NCBI GenBank assembly: GCA_963712115.1
Contig: CAVQGX010000014.1
Coordinates: 22,878-86,877, forward strand
DNA length: 64,000 bases
Reading direction: 5' to 3'
DNA from: an uncultured delta proteobacterium
GTDB lineage: Bacteria; Desulfobacterota; Syntrophobacteria; BM002
Below are positions 43,463 through 53,680 of the stretch, in pieces. How positions within the stretch are numbered: the stretch's first letter is position 1; the number at the start of each line of letters is the position of its first letter. The position numbers were made by a program, and so were the translations under genes. Under the pieces are notes generated by a model. It was not told where the DNA came from, made no database searches, and was given only the letters and a program-made list of their open reading frames with translations.

Positions 43463-43674
43463 GCAAAACTTTCTCTGGAAGACAGGTAGTCAAAGCTCTG
43501 CGACGAACAGGGTTTGTCGTTGATCATCAGCGAGGTAGCCACATTTTCCTACATAATCTCGAGAAAAACATTTCAGTTGTTGTGCCTCTACATAAAGAAC
43601 TCAAGAAAGGTACCTTGCACAGTATATTGAAAAAAGCTGGATTGACACTCGATCAGCTGAAAGAACTTGTATAA
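43459..43674 (+). CDS. hicA: HicA family toxin
   Basis: GF..HQRGSH...[15 protein letters not shown]. Confidence 0.9.
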   Translation: MSKTFSGRQVVKALRRTGFVVDHQRGSHIFLHNLEKNISVVVPLHKELKKGTLHSILKKAGLTLDQLKELV

Positions 43675-43694
43675 AAATGCCTATGACGGATATC

Positions 43695-43883
43695 TCAAAT
43701 TAAGTCAGGCAGATCTTCTGTTCCGGGCTGCTCTCCCAGGCATAAATCGATGACTTCCTGGATATTCTTCATAAGTTCATCTAGAGTCTTTCCTTGTGTG
43801 TAACAACCACGTAGCTGAGGAACCTCTCCGATAAAAACGCCATCCTCGTCACGTTCAATAACCACATAAAACTCTCGCTTCAT
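43695..43883 (-). CDS. hicB: Orphan HicB family antitoxin
   Basis: ERDEDG..VPQLRGCYTQGKTLDEL. Confidence 0.85.
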   Translation of the reverse strand: MKREFYVVIERDEDGVFIGEVPQLRGCYTQGKTLDELMKNIQEVIDLCLGEQPGTEDLPDLI

Positions 43884-44305
43884 AAATATTTAGCCTCCCA
43901 TAAAGGAAATATAATCACAATTACTGTAAAGAATACAGCACAATAACAAGGCTAACACTATACAGTCTAACACGCAACTGCTTTCCCAAGGGCTTAGATC
44001 TTTGAAGGCGTCCAGTCAGTTCATAGCTGAAGGCTCAAAGGAAAGGCATAGGGCAGCAGAACGAAGCGGAGATGGGGAGAGACGGCGACGCGGCGCGTTG
44101 AGCGTCATTAGGCTTCGCCGTCATTAGGTCATTACGCTACGCTGTCATTTGTTGTGACAGGTAGAGGACGGAGGTCGGATGTCGGAGGTCGGAGGGCATT
44201 AGAAGCTCATAGCTGACAGCTCACAGCTGACAGGAAAGACAAAAGGAAATTTCGGATTGCGGAGTGCAAATGGGGAATTGATGCAAGGTGAAACCAGTAA
44301 GGTTA

Positions 44306-44605
44306 TTATTTGGAATTTTTGTGCAGATCGCTTAATAGATCTCTAAATTGCTCGTAGACATCTCTCCTGTGCCCAACATAGTAAACCTGGATGACTCCCT
44401 CTTCTTCATCAATGGCGTATAAAACCCGATATCTTTTTATCTTGTATGATTTGAAACCTGATAACTCTTGCTGCAGGTCATCCCCCAGATAAGGACTTTG
44501 GCGAAGTTCATCGAGGCCTGCTTTGATAAATTTTTTAGCTTCGAGATGAAGTTTTGCTAATAATCTTGCTGCCTCAGGTGTAAATTTGAGCCTGATCTCT
44601 TTCAT
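44306..44605 (-). CDS. RelE/ParE family toxin
   Basis: PYLG..L...LSG..YRVLY..VGHRRDVY. Confidence 0.88.
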   Translation of the reverse strand: MKEIRLKFTPEAARLLAKLHLEAKKFIKAGLDELRQSPYLGDDLQQELSGFKSYKIKRYRVLYAIDEEEGVIQVYYVGHRRDVYEQFRDLLSDLHKNSK

Positions 44606-44871
44606 TCGCCAAACACTCTGTCGGAATCAACCCACATACCTTTGCGAGCCTCTTTGATTGACTTTCTGATCGATTTCATGGCCTTCTCGTCGGAGAGTAT
44701 TTCTAATGTGTCCATCAAGCCCTTGAATTTCTTCATACTTATCAGTACAGCCTCAGGCACACCGTTTTTGGTAATAGCAATAGCGTCGTCGGAATCTTCA
44801 ATTCTTCTAATTAGGTCCAACAACGCGCTTTTAGCCTTTGAAACAGGAATGTACTCTTGTATTGTTTCCAT
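44602..44871 (-). CDS. Phd/YefM antitoxin
   Basis: VSKAK..L...ITKNGVPEAVLIS...TLEILSD. Confidence 0.9.
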   Translation of the reverse strand: METIQEYIPVSKAKSALLDLIRRIEDSDDAIAITKNGVPEAVLISMKKFKGLMDTLEILSDEKAMKSIRKSIKEARKGMWVDSDRVFGE

Positions 44872-45186
44872 TCTATCCTCCCAGATGTTATGTGGTCATT
44901 ATAATAGTCACATTTATTCTGTCAATCCCGAAAGCTGAGATTAACCGCAGACGGACGCAGACCACCGCAGACAGAGACAGAAGGCTTGGCCCTTCGGGCC
45001 TCAAAGTTGGAGGCAAAAACCCAGAGTTCAGATGACAGACGAGAATTGCGAATTGATTAGACGGCGAGAAAGGGCCAAGGCACTTGTCATTTCGAATTGC
45101 GGATTGCGGATTTGGGAAGGCATAGGGTCAAACCGAAATATTGGAATTATGATAATGGTGGAATGCTGAGTAGACGAAGAGGAATC

Positions 45187-45612
45187 TTAACTTGATTTTC
45201 TGTTATTTCTCTTGGGGGAAAGGATCTTCAGTTCCGGGAAATATGACTTGTAGAATCCCCTATCGCGAGTTAAAAAACGTTCCGCTTTCGACACTGCGTG
45301 TGCGCCTATGAGGAAGTCAGTAATAATTCGTTTCCTTGTTCCGCCGGATTTCCTGTATAGTCCCCATTTCTTGCCTGCCAAATAAGCGATATCAGTATCC
45401 ACAGATGACAAGGTTACGTTTATAGTCGCCAGGGTGTTGTCTAACATGGATCTCTCGTCAAATTGAGGAACAAGCTCAGCATATACGATGTCGCAGATGA
45501 TCAGCGCCCCTTCGTCGTATGCCTGTTTGAGTAGCCTAGAGGAGTCAGCAGCGAAGGTTTTGTCAGGCAGGAAGACATCGAGCAAGATGCTTGTATCAAC
45601 AGCCGTGATCAT
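45187..45612 (-). CDS. vapC: VapC PIN-domain toxin
   Basis: AVDTSILLD, DFLIGAHA, LTRDRGFY. Confidence 0.9.
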   Translation of the reverse strand: MITAVDTSILLDVFLPDKTFAADSSRLLKQAYDEGALIICDIVYAELVPQFDERSMLDNTLATINVTLSSVDTDIAYLAGKKWGLYRKSGGTRKRIITDFLIGAHAVSKAERFLTRDRGFYKSYFPELKILSPKRNNRKSS

Positions 45613-45827
45613 CGACCTCGGACCTCCTCAATGTAACTATCCGTATCATCAGATGGACGATCAAGAATTCCGATCACTTGATCGACAGGATGCTTGCTGC
45701 GACTACGTTTCTGGATCAAGACACCTTCTTTTTTTGCCACGAGCTCAACTTCGACGTCTTTGGTAAATCCGAATCGATCACGAAGGGCTTTCGGGATGGT
45801 AATTTGCCCTCTTTCAGAAATTTTCAT
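45609..45827 (-). CDS. AbrB/MazE/SpoVT antitoxin
   Basis: MKISERGQITIPKALRDRFG. Confidence 0.88.
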   Translation of the reverse strand: MKISERGQITIPKALRDRFGFTKDVEVELVAKKEGVLIQKRSRSKHPVDQVIGILDRPSDDTDSYIEEVRGR

Positions 45828-46023
45828 ACTTATTTCCTCCGTTTTTCTGAGTAAGTAATTCATATCATTATGGCATCACATTGTCAAGTTTGTTGAAATA
45901 TTTGAAACCGTTGAAAACGTTGAAGGCGTTGATTAGATAATTAGAAGATTAGAAAATTAGGGAACTAGGGAATTAGAGAATTAGTTGATGAGTTTTTTGG
46001 CTTCACTATGAAGTTTTGCAACA

Positions 46024-47184
46024 TTAGGAGAGCCATTTGGGTGGAGAGGTGAGGAGGAATTTTTCCACTGGTATCCCTTGAGCTCCTACCAACAATTTCT
46101 TCGTCACTCGAAATTCGGTCGAGAAGACCTCAATGCCCGGCAAAGTAACTTTTCTGCGTCCGCTTTTAACTTCCAGGGCCACCAGAGATTTTCGTCGGGA
46201 GAGTACGAAGTCCACTTCTCGATTACGGCTGGACCAATAGAAAAGCTCAATATTCTCACCTCTGAGACCGTTCATCAAGGCAGCCCCAATGGCTGATTCA
46301 ACTAGCCTGCCCCAGAAATCGGTATCCTGCTTCGCTTCCCCCAGGTTAAGCTGAGATTGAGCTGTAATCAACGCTGTATTGAGCACTAGAAGTTTAGGGC
46401 TTGACGCTCTTTGCCGAACACGCTGACCAGCATATTTAGACAATCCCGCAAGAAGGCCCGCACCCTCAAGTAAATTGAGATAGTGAGCAAGTGTGGTGGT
46501 GTTGCCGGCATCCTGGAGCTGGCCAAGCATCTTCTGATACGAGAGAATTTGGCCCGAGTAGGAACAGCCGAGTTCAAATAGGCGACGGAGAAGTGCCGGT
46601 TTGTCAACCCGGGTCATCAGCAAAATATCTCGTGAGATTGTAGTCTCTATAAGGGCGTCCTTGATGTAGTTAGACCATCTTTTTTGATCATTGATCAGAT
46701 CGGCGCCACCGGGATAGCCTCCAAAGAATATATATTCATCTAAACCCCAATCGAAAGCCTCGCGCATTTCCGCAAATGACCAGTGCGTAACCGGGATTAC
46801 TTCGAATCGTCCCGCGAGGCTTTCGGTCAAGCCCCGCTGTACCAATAGTGGGGATGACCCCAACAGCATCACGTGTAGTGGAAGACCTTTGGCTGTATCC
46901 TCGTCCCACAACCTTTTCACCGTTTCTGACCAGCCGTCGATTTTTTGGGCCTCGTCCATGACAAATAATGCGTTCTTTTCAGATTCCACCTTAAGCCTGG
47001 CGATTTCCCACTGCTGCTCAATCCAGGTTCGATCCTTCAAGGTGGGCTCGTCCGCAGAGGCATAGTGGCTGGGGATCTCAAGATCAGCCATAACCTGATG
47101 TGCGAGGGTAGTCTTGCCCGATTGTCTTGGTCCGTAGAGTACTTGCATGAACCGTCTGGACTCAGACATTCTTTCCATTAGCAT
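46024..47184 (-). CDS. AAA_14 / DUF4143 ATP-binding protein
   Basis: GPRQSGKTT, DEAQ, LLGSS, ESLAGRF, GGYPG, EVDFVL..EVK. Confidence 0.9.
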   Translation of the reverse strand: MLMERMSESRRFMQVLYGPRQSGKTTLAHQVMADLEIPSHYASADEPTLKDRTWIEQQWEIARLKVESEKNALFVMDEAQKIDGWSETVKRLWDEDTAKGLPLHVMLLGSSPLLVQRGLTESLAGRFEVIPVTHWSFAEMREAFDWGLDEYIFFGGYPGGADLINDQKRWSNYIKDALIETTISRDILLMTRVDKPALLRRLFELGCSYSGQILSYQKMLGQLQDAGNTTTLAHYLNLLEGAGLLAGLSKYAGQRVRQRASSPKLLVLNTALITAQSQLNLGEAKQDTDFWGRLVESAIGAALMNGLRGENIELFYWSSRNREVDFVLSRRKSLVALEVKSGRRKVTLPGIEVFSTEFRVTKKLLVGAQGIPVEKFLLTSPPKWLS

Positions 47185-47231
47185 GCCATGAATTGGTCTT
47201 TTAAATATTTGAATTCCCCTGATTTTACAAT

Positions 47232-47273
47232 TTACTCAATATATTGAGTAAATTTACTCAAAACGTTGAGTAA
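47232..47273. promoter_or_regulatory. Tandem palindromic operator-like sites
   Basis: TTACTCAA-N4-TTGAGTAA twice, 22-bp period. Confidence 0.6.
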
Positions 47274-47601
47274 TTGTCAACTATAAATTCGGTCCGCTGC
47301 TCAGTTGACCCCAGACCATTACCAGTTGGCAGCAAGACAAAGCTCATAGCTCGAAGCTGAAAGCTCTAAGCTCAAAGCAAAAGCAAAGATTTAAAACGCA
47401 GACGGACCCTCCCGCCTCGCCTGAGTCCGCCTCAGGCGGACGATGGCGGGCTGGGAGCGCGGAGAAGAGAATTCACCACGGAGTTACACGGAAATCCACG
47501 GATTTTCTAACCACGAAGAACGCGAAGGGCACGAAGAAAAGGCATGGCTCTCACAGAGCCCACAGAGAACACAGAGAAGAATCTGTTTATGACAGTGCAG
47601 C

Positions 47602-47736
47602 GATCGCTTAAAGGTCCGCGCATGGCTGCGCGTCCCGATAGAAAGCTATCGGGAACAATGAGCAGCCATTGAGGCCAAAAATAAACGAGCTTATTTTTGG
47701 CCTCAATAGGCTACCCATAATGCCCTTTAAGCGATC
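47602..47736. repeat. Branched-hairpin element copy 4 (orientation B)
   Basis: GATCGCTTAAAG...CTTTAAGCGATC; long stem ATTGAGGCCAAAAATAA..TTATTTTTGGCCTCAAT. Confidence 0.85.
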
Positions 47737-47971
47737 CAGCATAGATAATATACAAATCTTCTACTATCCATTGATAATGAAAGGGAGTCCACTGAGGTAT
47801 TTAAGGAGCTCTCGGAGGGCTCCGGAGGCCGCGGGGCTTGCATGAAAGAATTAGTGTTCTCGGCGGATTTGATCGTTTGGTGCTTAGTGCGTAGTGCCTA
47901 GTGCCTAGTAAGATGGGTAATAAAAAGAGGTATGCCAGCCATTAATGATGGGTATCGAGGGGAGGGGTTGA

Positions 47972-48115
47972 TTAGCGAGTGGAGTTTTTTTCGATTTCGC
48001 GGAGCTCTATTTCAACAGCCTGCTCTTCTCTCAGGATGAAGAAAATCACTCGGGCCAGCAAAATCAAAATCACTGCCACTGCGAAGATTAGTATGTAGCC
48101 AACTATGCTTATCAT
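47972..48115 (-). CDS. 47-aa single-TM peptide (not in the ORF track)
   Basis: MISIVGYILIFAVAVILILLARVIFFILREEQAVEIELREIEKNSTR; GGGAG upstream. Confidence 0.45.
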   Translation of the reverse strand: MISIVGYILIFAVAVILILLARVIFFILREEQAVEIELREIEKNSTR

Positions 48116-48299
48116 GATAAAACCTAGACTCCCGGTTCAAGGCGAAGGGCAATTTGTGTCATTAGGCTTCGCCGTCATTAAGTCATTACGCTGCGCTGTC
48201 ATTTATTGTAAAAGGTAGAGGTCAGAACTTCGAAATATTCTGCTCTACTCTTTGGTTTTTTGACTCCTTTCGCTATGCGCTATGCTCTATGCGCTATGC

Positions 48300-48647
48300 T
48301 TAACTCTGTCCTACTGCATCGGCCAGGGGTACTGGTTCAAAGTTCCTGAATTTCCTGGTAAATTTTACTCCTATTCCCTTGTTTTTCTGGTCCACTCTGA
48401 TAATGACAGCTTCTCCCCGAAGCAGAATGGTCTTTTCTTGACCTGTGTAATCAGGCGGGAGAGAGAATGCGATGACTGCGTAATCTTTGACTTTAAGAGC
48501 TCGCCACTGACTGGTCTTGATAAAGGCCCCTCCCTGGCTCACATCAACACTTGTTCCGTCCAAGGAATGACGCGATCCTTGTTTGAAAAGTTCCACGCGA
48601 AAACTCTGTCTCAGCCTGGGGTATTTGCGACGATCGGGTGCTTCCAT
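48300..48647 (-). CDS. PilZ domain protein
   Basis: RKYPR, DVSQGG; paralog of 15142 and 52405. Confidence 0.85.
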   Translation of the reverse strand: MEAPDRRKYPRLRQSFRVELFKQGSRHSLDGTSVDVSQGGAFIKTSQWRALKVKDYAVIAFSLPPDYTGQEKTILLRGEAVIIRVDQKNKGIGVKFTRKFRNFEPVPLADAVGQS

Positions 48648-49011
48648 GGCTTCATCCAGCAAATAGTAAAATCCAGGATCTACAATCCACTGTTTCGGCA
48701 AATATGCAAAAATTATGCAGGCTTATAGATTTTCCATTTTTACTTGTCTTTTCAAATAGTTGATGGATTAGGCACTGGCAGGCAAGTACGAAATGTAGTC
48801 GTCACATTGGGTAATTAAATGCCAATTGTGGAAAAAAAATGGATCAGTTTGGCCGGTTGAGCCGGTTTAGCCCGCTAGGAGCTTTCAACGGACAGCTGGC
48901 AGCAAAAGAAATTTAACCGCAGAGAGCGCTGAGAGCGCAGAGAAGACCACCTAACCGCAGACCCACGCAGACGAACGCAGACTTCAAGAATTCTCTCGGA
49001 GAATAAGCAAC

Positions 49012-49136
49012 GATCGCTTAAGGCCACCATGTGGCGTCCCGATTGAAAGCATCGGGAACTCATCCTTGTCATCAGTCACTGCCCATTGCTGCCGATGTAA
49101 AACATCGGTGCCAGATTCGCTGGCCCTTAAGCGACC
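49012..49136. repeat. Branched-hairpin element copy 5 (chimera: B-type left half, A-type right half)
   Basis: Two CCGAT/ATCGG hairpins and only the 3' arm of the long stem. Confidence 0.8.
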
Positions 49137-49854
49137 ATTACGATGGCATATTCACTCTGTCTCTTTAGACAAAGACTATTGACAGGCGCAGACGTCTCAT
49201 TAGACAGGATATACAGGATAGATAACATAAGAAGCTCCTACCATTGAAATGAAGGGGAGCCACTGAGGTATTTAAGGAGCTCTCGGAGTCTAGGCATGGG
49301 GCATAGGGGATGGGGCCCTTTGGGTCATTTCTTCGCCCTCGCTTCGCTCCGCTCAGTCCCGCAAGCGGGTCCCTAGTTCGGCTTCGCCGTCATTAGGTCA
49401 TTACGCTACGCTGTCATTTATCGTAATAGGTAGAGGGCCAGAAGATTTCGGATTGCGGATTTGGGATATGGGATGTGAGATAATTATCGCAGAGCGCAGA
49501 GCGTTAAGGGCGCAAGGCACTAGGTTCAAGGCAAGGGATCAAGGGCTGATCTATCGACTTCTACGATTTCTACGACTTATACGGTTTTTACGACTTCCGC
49601 TTTGAGCTTTCAGCTTAGAGCCATGAGTTTTACCTCTGCTGTCCTCTGATCTCCGACTTCCGACCTCTGGGTTCTTGCCTCTAACCTCTAACCTCTAACC
49701 TCCAACATCAACCTTGAGGCTTAGGTCTTTTGCTTTGCTCACATTGCTATTAACACTGATATCTGGTAATTAATGATCTGAAAAAGAGGAAGTACCAGTT
49801 AGAATCGACATTCAGCCGGATATGAAGCATAGAGCAATAGATATAGTGGAGTAA

Positions 49855-50082
49855 GTGATGAAAAAATATGAAAAAATTGAGATTAACCCAAACATAATGT
49901 TTGGAAAACCAGTAATCAAGGGCACACGGGTTACGGTCGAACAAATATTGCGCAAACTTGCAGGAGGGATGACAGCTGAAGAGATCATCACTGATCATCC
50001 ACACCTGCGGAAAGAGGATATCTTAGCCGCGCAAGAATTTGCAGCTGACTACTTAGCTGACGAGGAGATCGCCTTCGGGTAA
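49855..50082 (+). CDS. DUF433 antitoxin
   Basis: INPNIMFGKPVIKGTRVTVE..L..G...EEI. Confidence 0.9.
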   Translation: MMKKYEKIEINPNIMFGKPVIKGTRVTVEQILRKLAGGMTAEEIITDHPHLRKEDILAAQEFAADYLADEEIAFG

Positions 50083-50093
50083 ATGGGGACGAA

Positions 50094-50450
50094 TTGAAAT
50101 TCCTTGCCGACGAATGTTGTGATACTGGTCTGGTCGCATCCTTGAGAAAAGATGGCCACGATGTACTGTATGTCACAGAGAAAAAGGCTGGCGCCATTGA
50201 TGACGAAATCTTATCTGACGCTTATAAAGAAGAGCGCATTCTGATCACTGAGGACAAAGACTTCGGTGAGTTAATTTACCGTTTTAAGAAGCCTACTTAT
50301 GGTGTTGTCCTTCTCAAAATCGATGTCCACGAACGGCAGATCAAATGGTCCCGATTAAAGAAACTGATCGATGATTATGGGACTAGATTGCAGGGGCATT
50401 TTACAGTCGTGGACGCTCAAAAATTTCGTTTTCGCCCTTTGTCAATCTAA
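50094..50450 (+). CDS. DUF5615 PIN-like toxin
   Basis: KFLADE, GHDV, D.EI, ILITEDKDFG. Confidence 0.88.
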   Translation: MKFLADECCDTGLVASLRKDGHDVLYVTEKKAGAIDDEILSDAYKEERILITEDKDFGELIYRFKKPTYGVVLLKIDVHERQIKWSRLKKLIDDYGTRLQGHFTVVDAQKFRFRPLSI

Positions 50451-50620
50451 AATAATCTACCCTGCCCTCTTTTTATCTTACTAGCGGCTACCCGCCACTT
50501 AGTACTTACCTAGATCCGGAATCCAAAATGCTGCCTGCTGACAGCTGGCAGTAAAAGAAATTTAACCGCAGACGGACGCAGACCGCCGCAGACCTAAAAG
50601 CCTTTGAGAGAATAGGCAAA

Positions 50621-50747
50621 GATCACTTAAGCCCAGAATGGAGAGTGCCTGATTCGAAGAATAAGTAAACTCCTTCTTGTCATCAGGCACTCCACATTCC
50701 CAACGATCTAACCGATCGGCGCCAGCGTTGCTGGCATTTAGGCGATC
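50621..50747. repeat. Branched-hairpin element copy 6 (orientation A)
   Basis: GATCACTTAA...TTAGGCGATC; GAGTGCCTGAT/ATCAGGCACTC stem; CGATC/GATCG; GCCAGC/GCTGGC. Confidence 0.8.
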
Positions 50748-50965
50748 CAGCTATTTAGCCTATTCTCCCATCATTGAAGTGATTTGGAGCTCGCTGAGGT
50801 ATTGGGAACTCTCGGAGTTTTAAAAAGCTGGAGAGCATGGAGTATGGGGCATAGGGTTAGAGGACAGAGGACAGGTAATAGGATTTCGGATTTAAAAACT
50901 GCCTACCGGGATTTCTGAAATAAACGATTTAAACGGTTTCGACGATTTCAAAGATTTCAACGGTT

Positions 50966-51298
50966 TTAACTCTCATAGAAACAACTCTCTAACTGGAGAG
51001 CGAGCACCACTTTTCGAGAAACCTCTAACATTGTTTGTTTGTCCAAGGTCCCCACATATTTTTCCAATTTTTTTTGAGGAACAGTATGGAGATTATCTGC
51101 TTGTACAAAAGAAGGTTCCTGTAAGTTAGCTTTTTGTCCAATAAATACCTCTGTTGGATAACCTTTTCCTTTCGTGGTTATCTCAGCAACTGTAACCTTG
51201 TTCAAGTATTGCAGGACGTTTTGCCTTGTGAGAACAACTATCGGTCTAGTCCCGATCTTTCCGCCCAGGTTAATCATCCATATATCCCCGCGGTTCAT
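50966..51298 (-). CDS. mazF: MazF/PemK toxin
   Basis: RGDIW, RPIVVL, VAEITT, VGTL. Confidence 0.88.
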   Translation of the reverse strand: MNRGDIWMINLGGKIGTRPIVVLTRQNVLQYLNKVTVAEITTKGKGYPTEVFIGQKANLQEPSFVQADNLHTVPQKKLEKYVGTLDKQTMLEVSRKVVLALQLESCFYES

Positions 51299-51528
51299 GA
51301 TTCACCCCACTGTTCGACCTCAATCCATGCGTCAGAATCATCTAAATCTGGAGGGTTTTCCTTGAGTTTTGTGATCCATTCGTCTTCGAATTTTTTTACT
51401 TCACGTTCTCGTATCCAGGCTTTCAAAGCTTCCCTTATCACCGCAGAACGGGAGAGATTCGAGGAGGAGGCAATTCGGTCTACGGCGCTGAGAAGGTTCT
51501 CGTCAAAGCTAATCTGTACGTTCTTCAT
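51295..51528 (-). CDS. RHH/CopG antitoxin
   Basis: QISFDENLL.AVD...SRSAVIREAL. Confidence 0.85.
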   Translation of the reverse strand: MKNVQISFDENLLSAVDRIASSSNLSRSAVIREALKAWIREREVKKFEDEWITKLKENPPDLDDSDAWIEVEQWGES

Positions 51529-51768
51529 TGAACACTCCTATTAAGATCGATATTTTAAAACATTATTTAATACATAATAATATACGCTATCACATACATA
51601 AAAATCAACCCCGAAAGAATGACAGTGTGAATTTATTGCAACCAAATCACGTAGGCGCCGGGTTTACCTGCACAGATTATTAACCGCAGAGAACACAGAG
51701 CACGCAGAGAAAACCACTTAACCGCAGACGAACGCAGACGAGAAAGCTTCAATGAACTTGAAAGCAAC

Positions 51769-51896
51769 GATCGCTTGAAACCCAAATGGGAAGCTCTCGC
51801 AGCCATCGATAAGCCAGCTTGTCGCTGCCAGCGAGGACTTCCCATTTACGCCGATGTAGTCCATCGGCGCCAGCTTCGCCAGGCTTTCAAGCGATC
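51769..51896. repeat. Branched-hairpin element copy 7 (orientation A)
   Basis: GATCGCTTGAAA...TTTCAAGCGATC (compensatory TTG/CAA); AAATGGGAAG/CTTCCCATTT; CGCCGATG/CATCGGCG. Confidence 0.85.
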
Positions 51897-52404
51897 ACTG
51901 CCTTTACTTATTCTCACAATTCCGACTATTGACATTGTTGACAGTCGCAGACTAAAGGAATTGGCAAGAGCTTGAATCCAGAATTCAGGAGAAAAAGATC
52001 AAAATCGAGTGCCTCACATGGCGGCCTAAACTACTTCGACTATTTCAAATAGTTAAACGTTTTCCCGCTTTGAGCTTTCAGCTTAGAGCCATGAGCTTTG
52101 CCTCTGCCATCCTCTGATCTCCGACTTCCGACCTCTGACATCTGGGTTCTTGCCTCCAACCTCAAGCGAAGCGCCCCTCCAACCTCCAACAGCAACCTTG
52201 GGCCTTGCGCCCTGAGCCTTATGCCGTTTCTTTCCAGTTACAGCTATGGTTTGAAAAAGTGCACCTGCCAATTTTTCCAGGCTCCTTTGGCCCTCATATC
52301 TAAGTGTTTGTATTTGTTTATTTTTATTTAGATGAAGGAGTAAAAAATCTTTTTTAGGCATACTTTCGGCCTGCTTTTCGGATGGGAATGGAATTTGCAT
52401 TAGC

Positions 52405-53367
52405 ATGGGGCTGACTCTACTAAATGATGCGTCTGAAACACCTGGATGCCTATCCATGGCAGTAGAAAAGAAACATATGACCAACGAGGAAAAGCGTAAG
52501 CACATCAGAATTAAAAGATTCTTCCGGACGAAACTGTCCAAAGATGGAATGTCGCAACCTATTGAAGGAAACACCGAGAATGTGAGCCAGGGCGGAGCTT
52601 ACATAAAAACAAAGGACTGGCATTCTTTCAAACCAAATGATAAAACTACCATCACGGTTTACCTCCCACCTATTTTTTCCGGTCAGGATGGGATTATCGG
52701 GCTGCAAGGCTCTGCTAGAATAACCAGGGTGGACGAGGACGACGAGGGTGTAGCAGTCCAGTTTCTGCAAAACTTCAAACAGTTCGAAAGAATTGAAGAA
52801 ATGGATATACCAGGAAAAATTAGATACAAGAACTTGGCCCACTATCTCTCAGCCACCTCGAGCATTCCATCGAAAGCATTTGCCGAGATGCACCCTGACG
52901 GTTTCCTGGTGGAAAAAACACAAAAGAGCATGGATAAAGAGGTCATCTTTCAGTTCAGCACCAAGTCATTCGAGGATGAGGAAGTGCTGAGGGCGCAGAG
53001 GCAAGGCGTGGTACTGGGAGACATCCTCGAGGCCAGAGTAATAGAGATAAAAGAGAGAAAAGAATCGACAACTCCTTCTCATGTCACCATAGGCCGGGCT
53101 GCTCAGAATGATATCATCCTTTACAACAAGATGGTTTCCAAGGATCACGCTTATCTGGAGATTCCTGAAAAAGGTGGGAATTGTTCCCTGGTGGATGTGG
53201 GGTCCAAGAATGGGACGCTCCTGAATGGGGATGAGGTGACCCCGAATAAGACATATCCCCTCAGAGATGGGGACGAGATATCCTTTGGTCCTGAGACCAA
53301 GGTGGTGTACTTCTCTTCAAGAACCTTCCATGAGTTTTTGACGCAACTTAAGACGCCTTCCGGCTAG
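52405..53367 (+). CDS. PilZ-FHA fusion protein
   Basis: N-terminal RKHIR/NVSQGG; C-terminal FHA IGR..NDI..VSKDHA..GSKNGT.LNG; start may be 52456. Confidence 0.85.
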   Translation: MGLTLLNDASETPGCLSMAVEKKHMTNEEKRKHIRIKRFFRTKLSKDGMSQPIEGNTENVSQGGAYIKTKDWHSFKPNDKTTITVYLPPIFSGQDGIIGLQGSARITRVDEDDEGVAVQFLQNFKQFERIEEMDIPGKIRYKNLAHYLSATSSIPSKAFAEMHPDGFLVEKTQKSMDKEVIFQFSTKSFEDEEVLRAQRQGVVLGDILEARVIEIKERKESTTPSHVTIGRAAQNDIILYNKMVSKDHAYLEIPEKGGNCSLVDVGSKNGTLLNGDEVTPNKTYPLRDGDEISFGPETKVVYFSSRTFHEFLTQLKTPSG

Positions 53368-53680
53368 TAACCTCTACTAGACACAAATCCGAATTAACTG
53401 CAGACGATTTGCTAGCGGGCAGCGGACAGCTGACAGCAAAAGATAATTAACCGCAGAGAACGCTGACCCGCACGCCTCGCCTGAGCGGCCCGTCCGCCTC
53501 GGCTGAAGCCTCGCGATGCCGGGCGGGCTCGCGATGGCGGGCTGGGAGCGCAGAGAAGAAGATTCACCACGGAGTTACACGGAAAGTCACGGGCTTTTTA
53601 ACCGCAGACGGACGCAGACAGATTGGTACCGCATAAGTGCATTGGTCTGCGGTTAGAAATAAAAAGGCTGGCACTGAGTC

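Noticed and set aside
48700-48722. Possible sigma54 site upstream of the PilZ gene on the minus strand
   Set aside because: Lacks the invariant GG at -24
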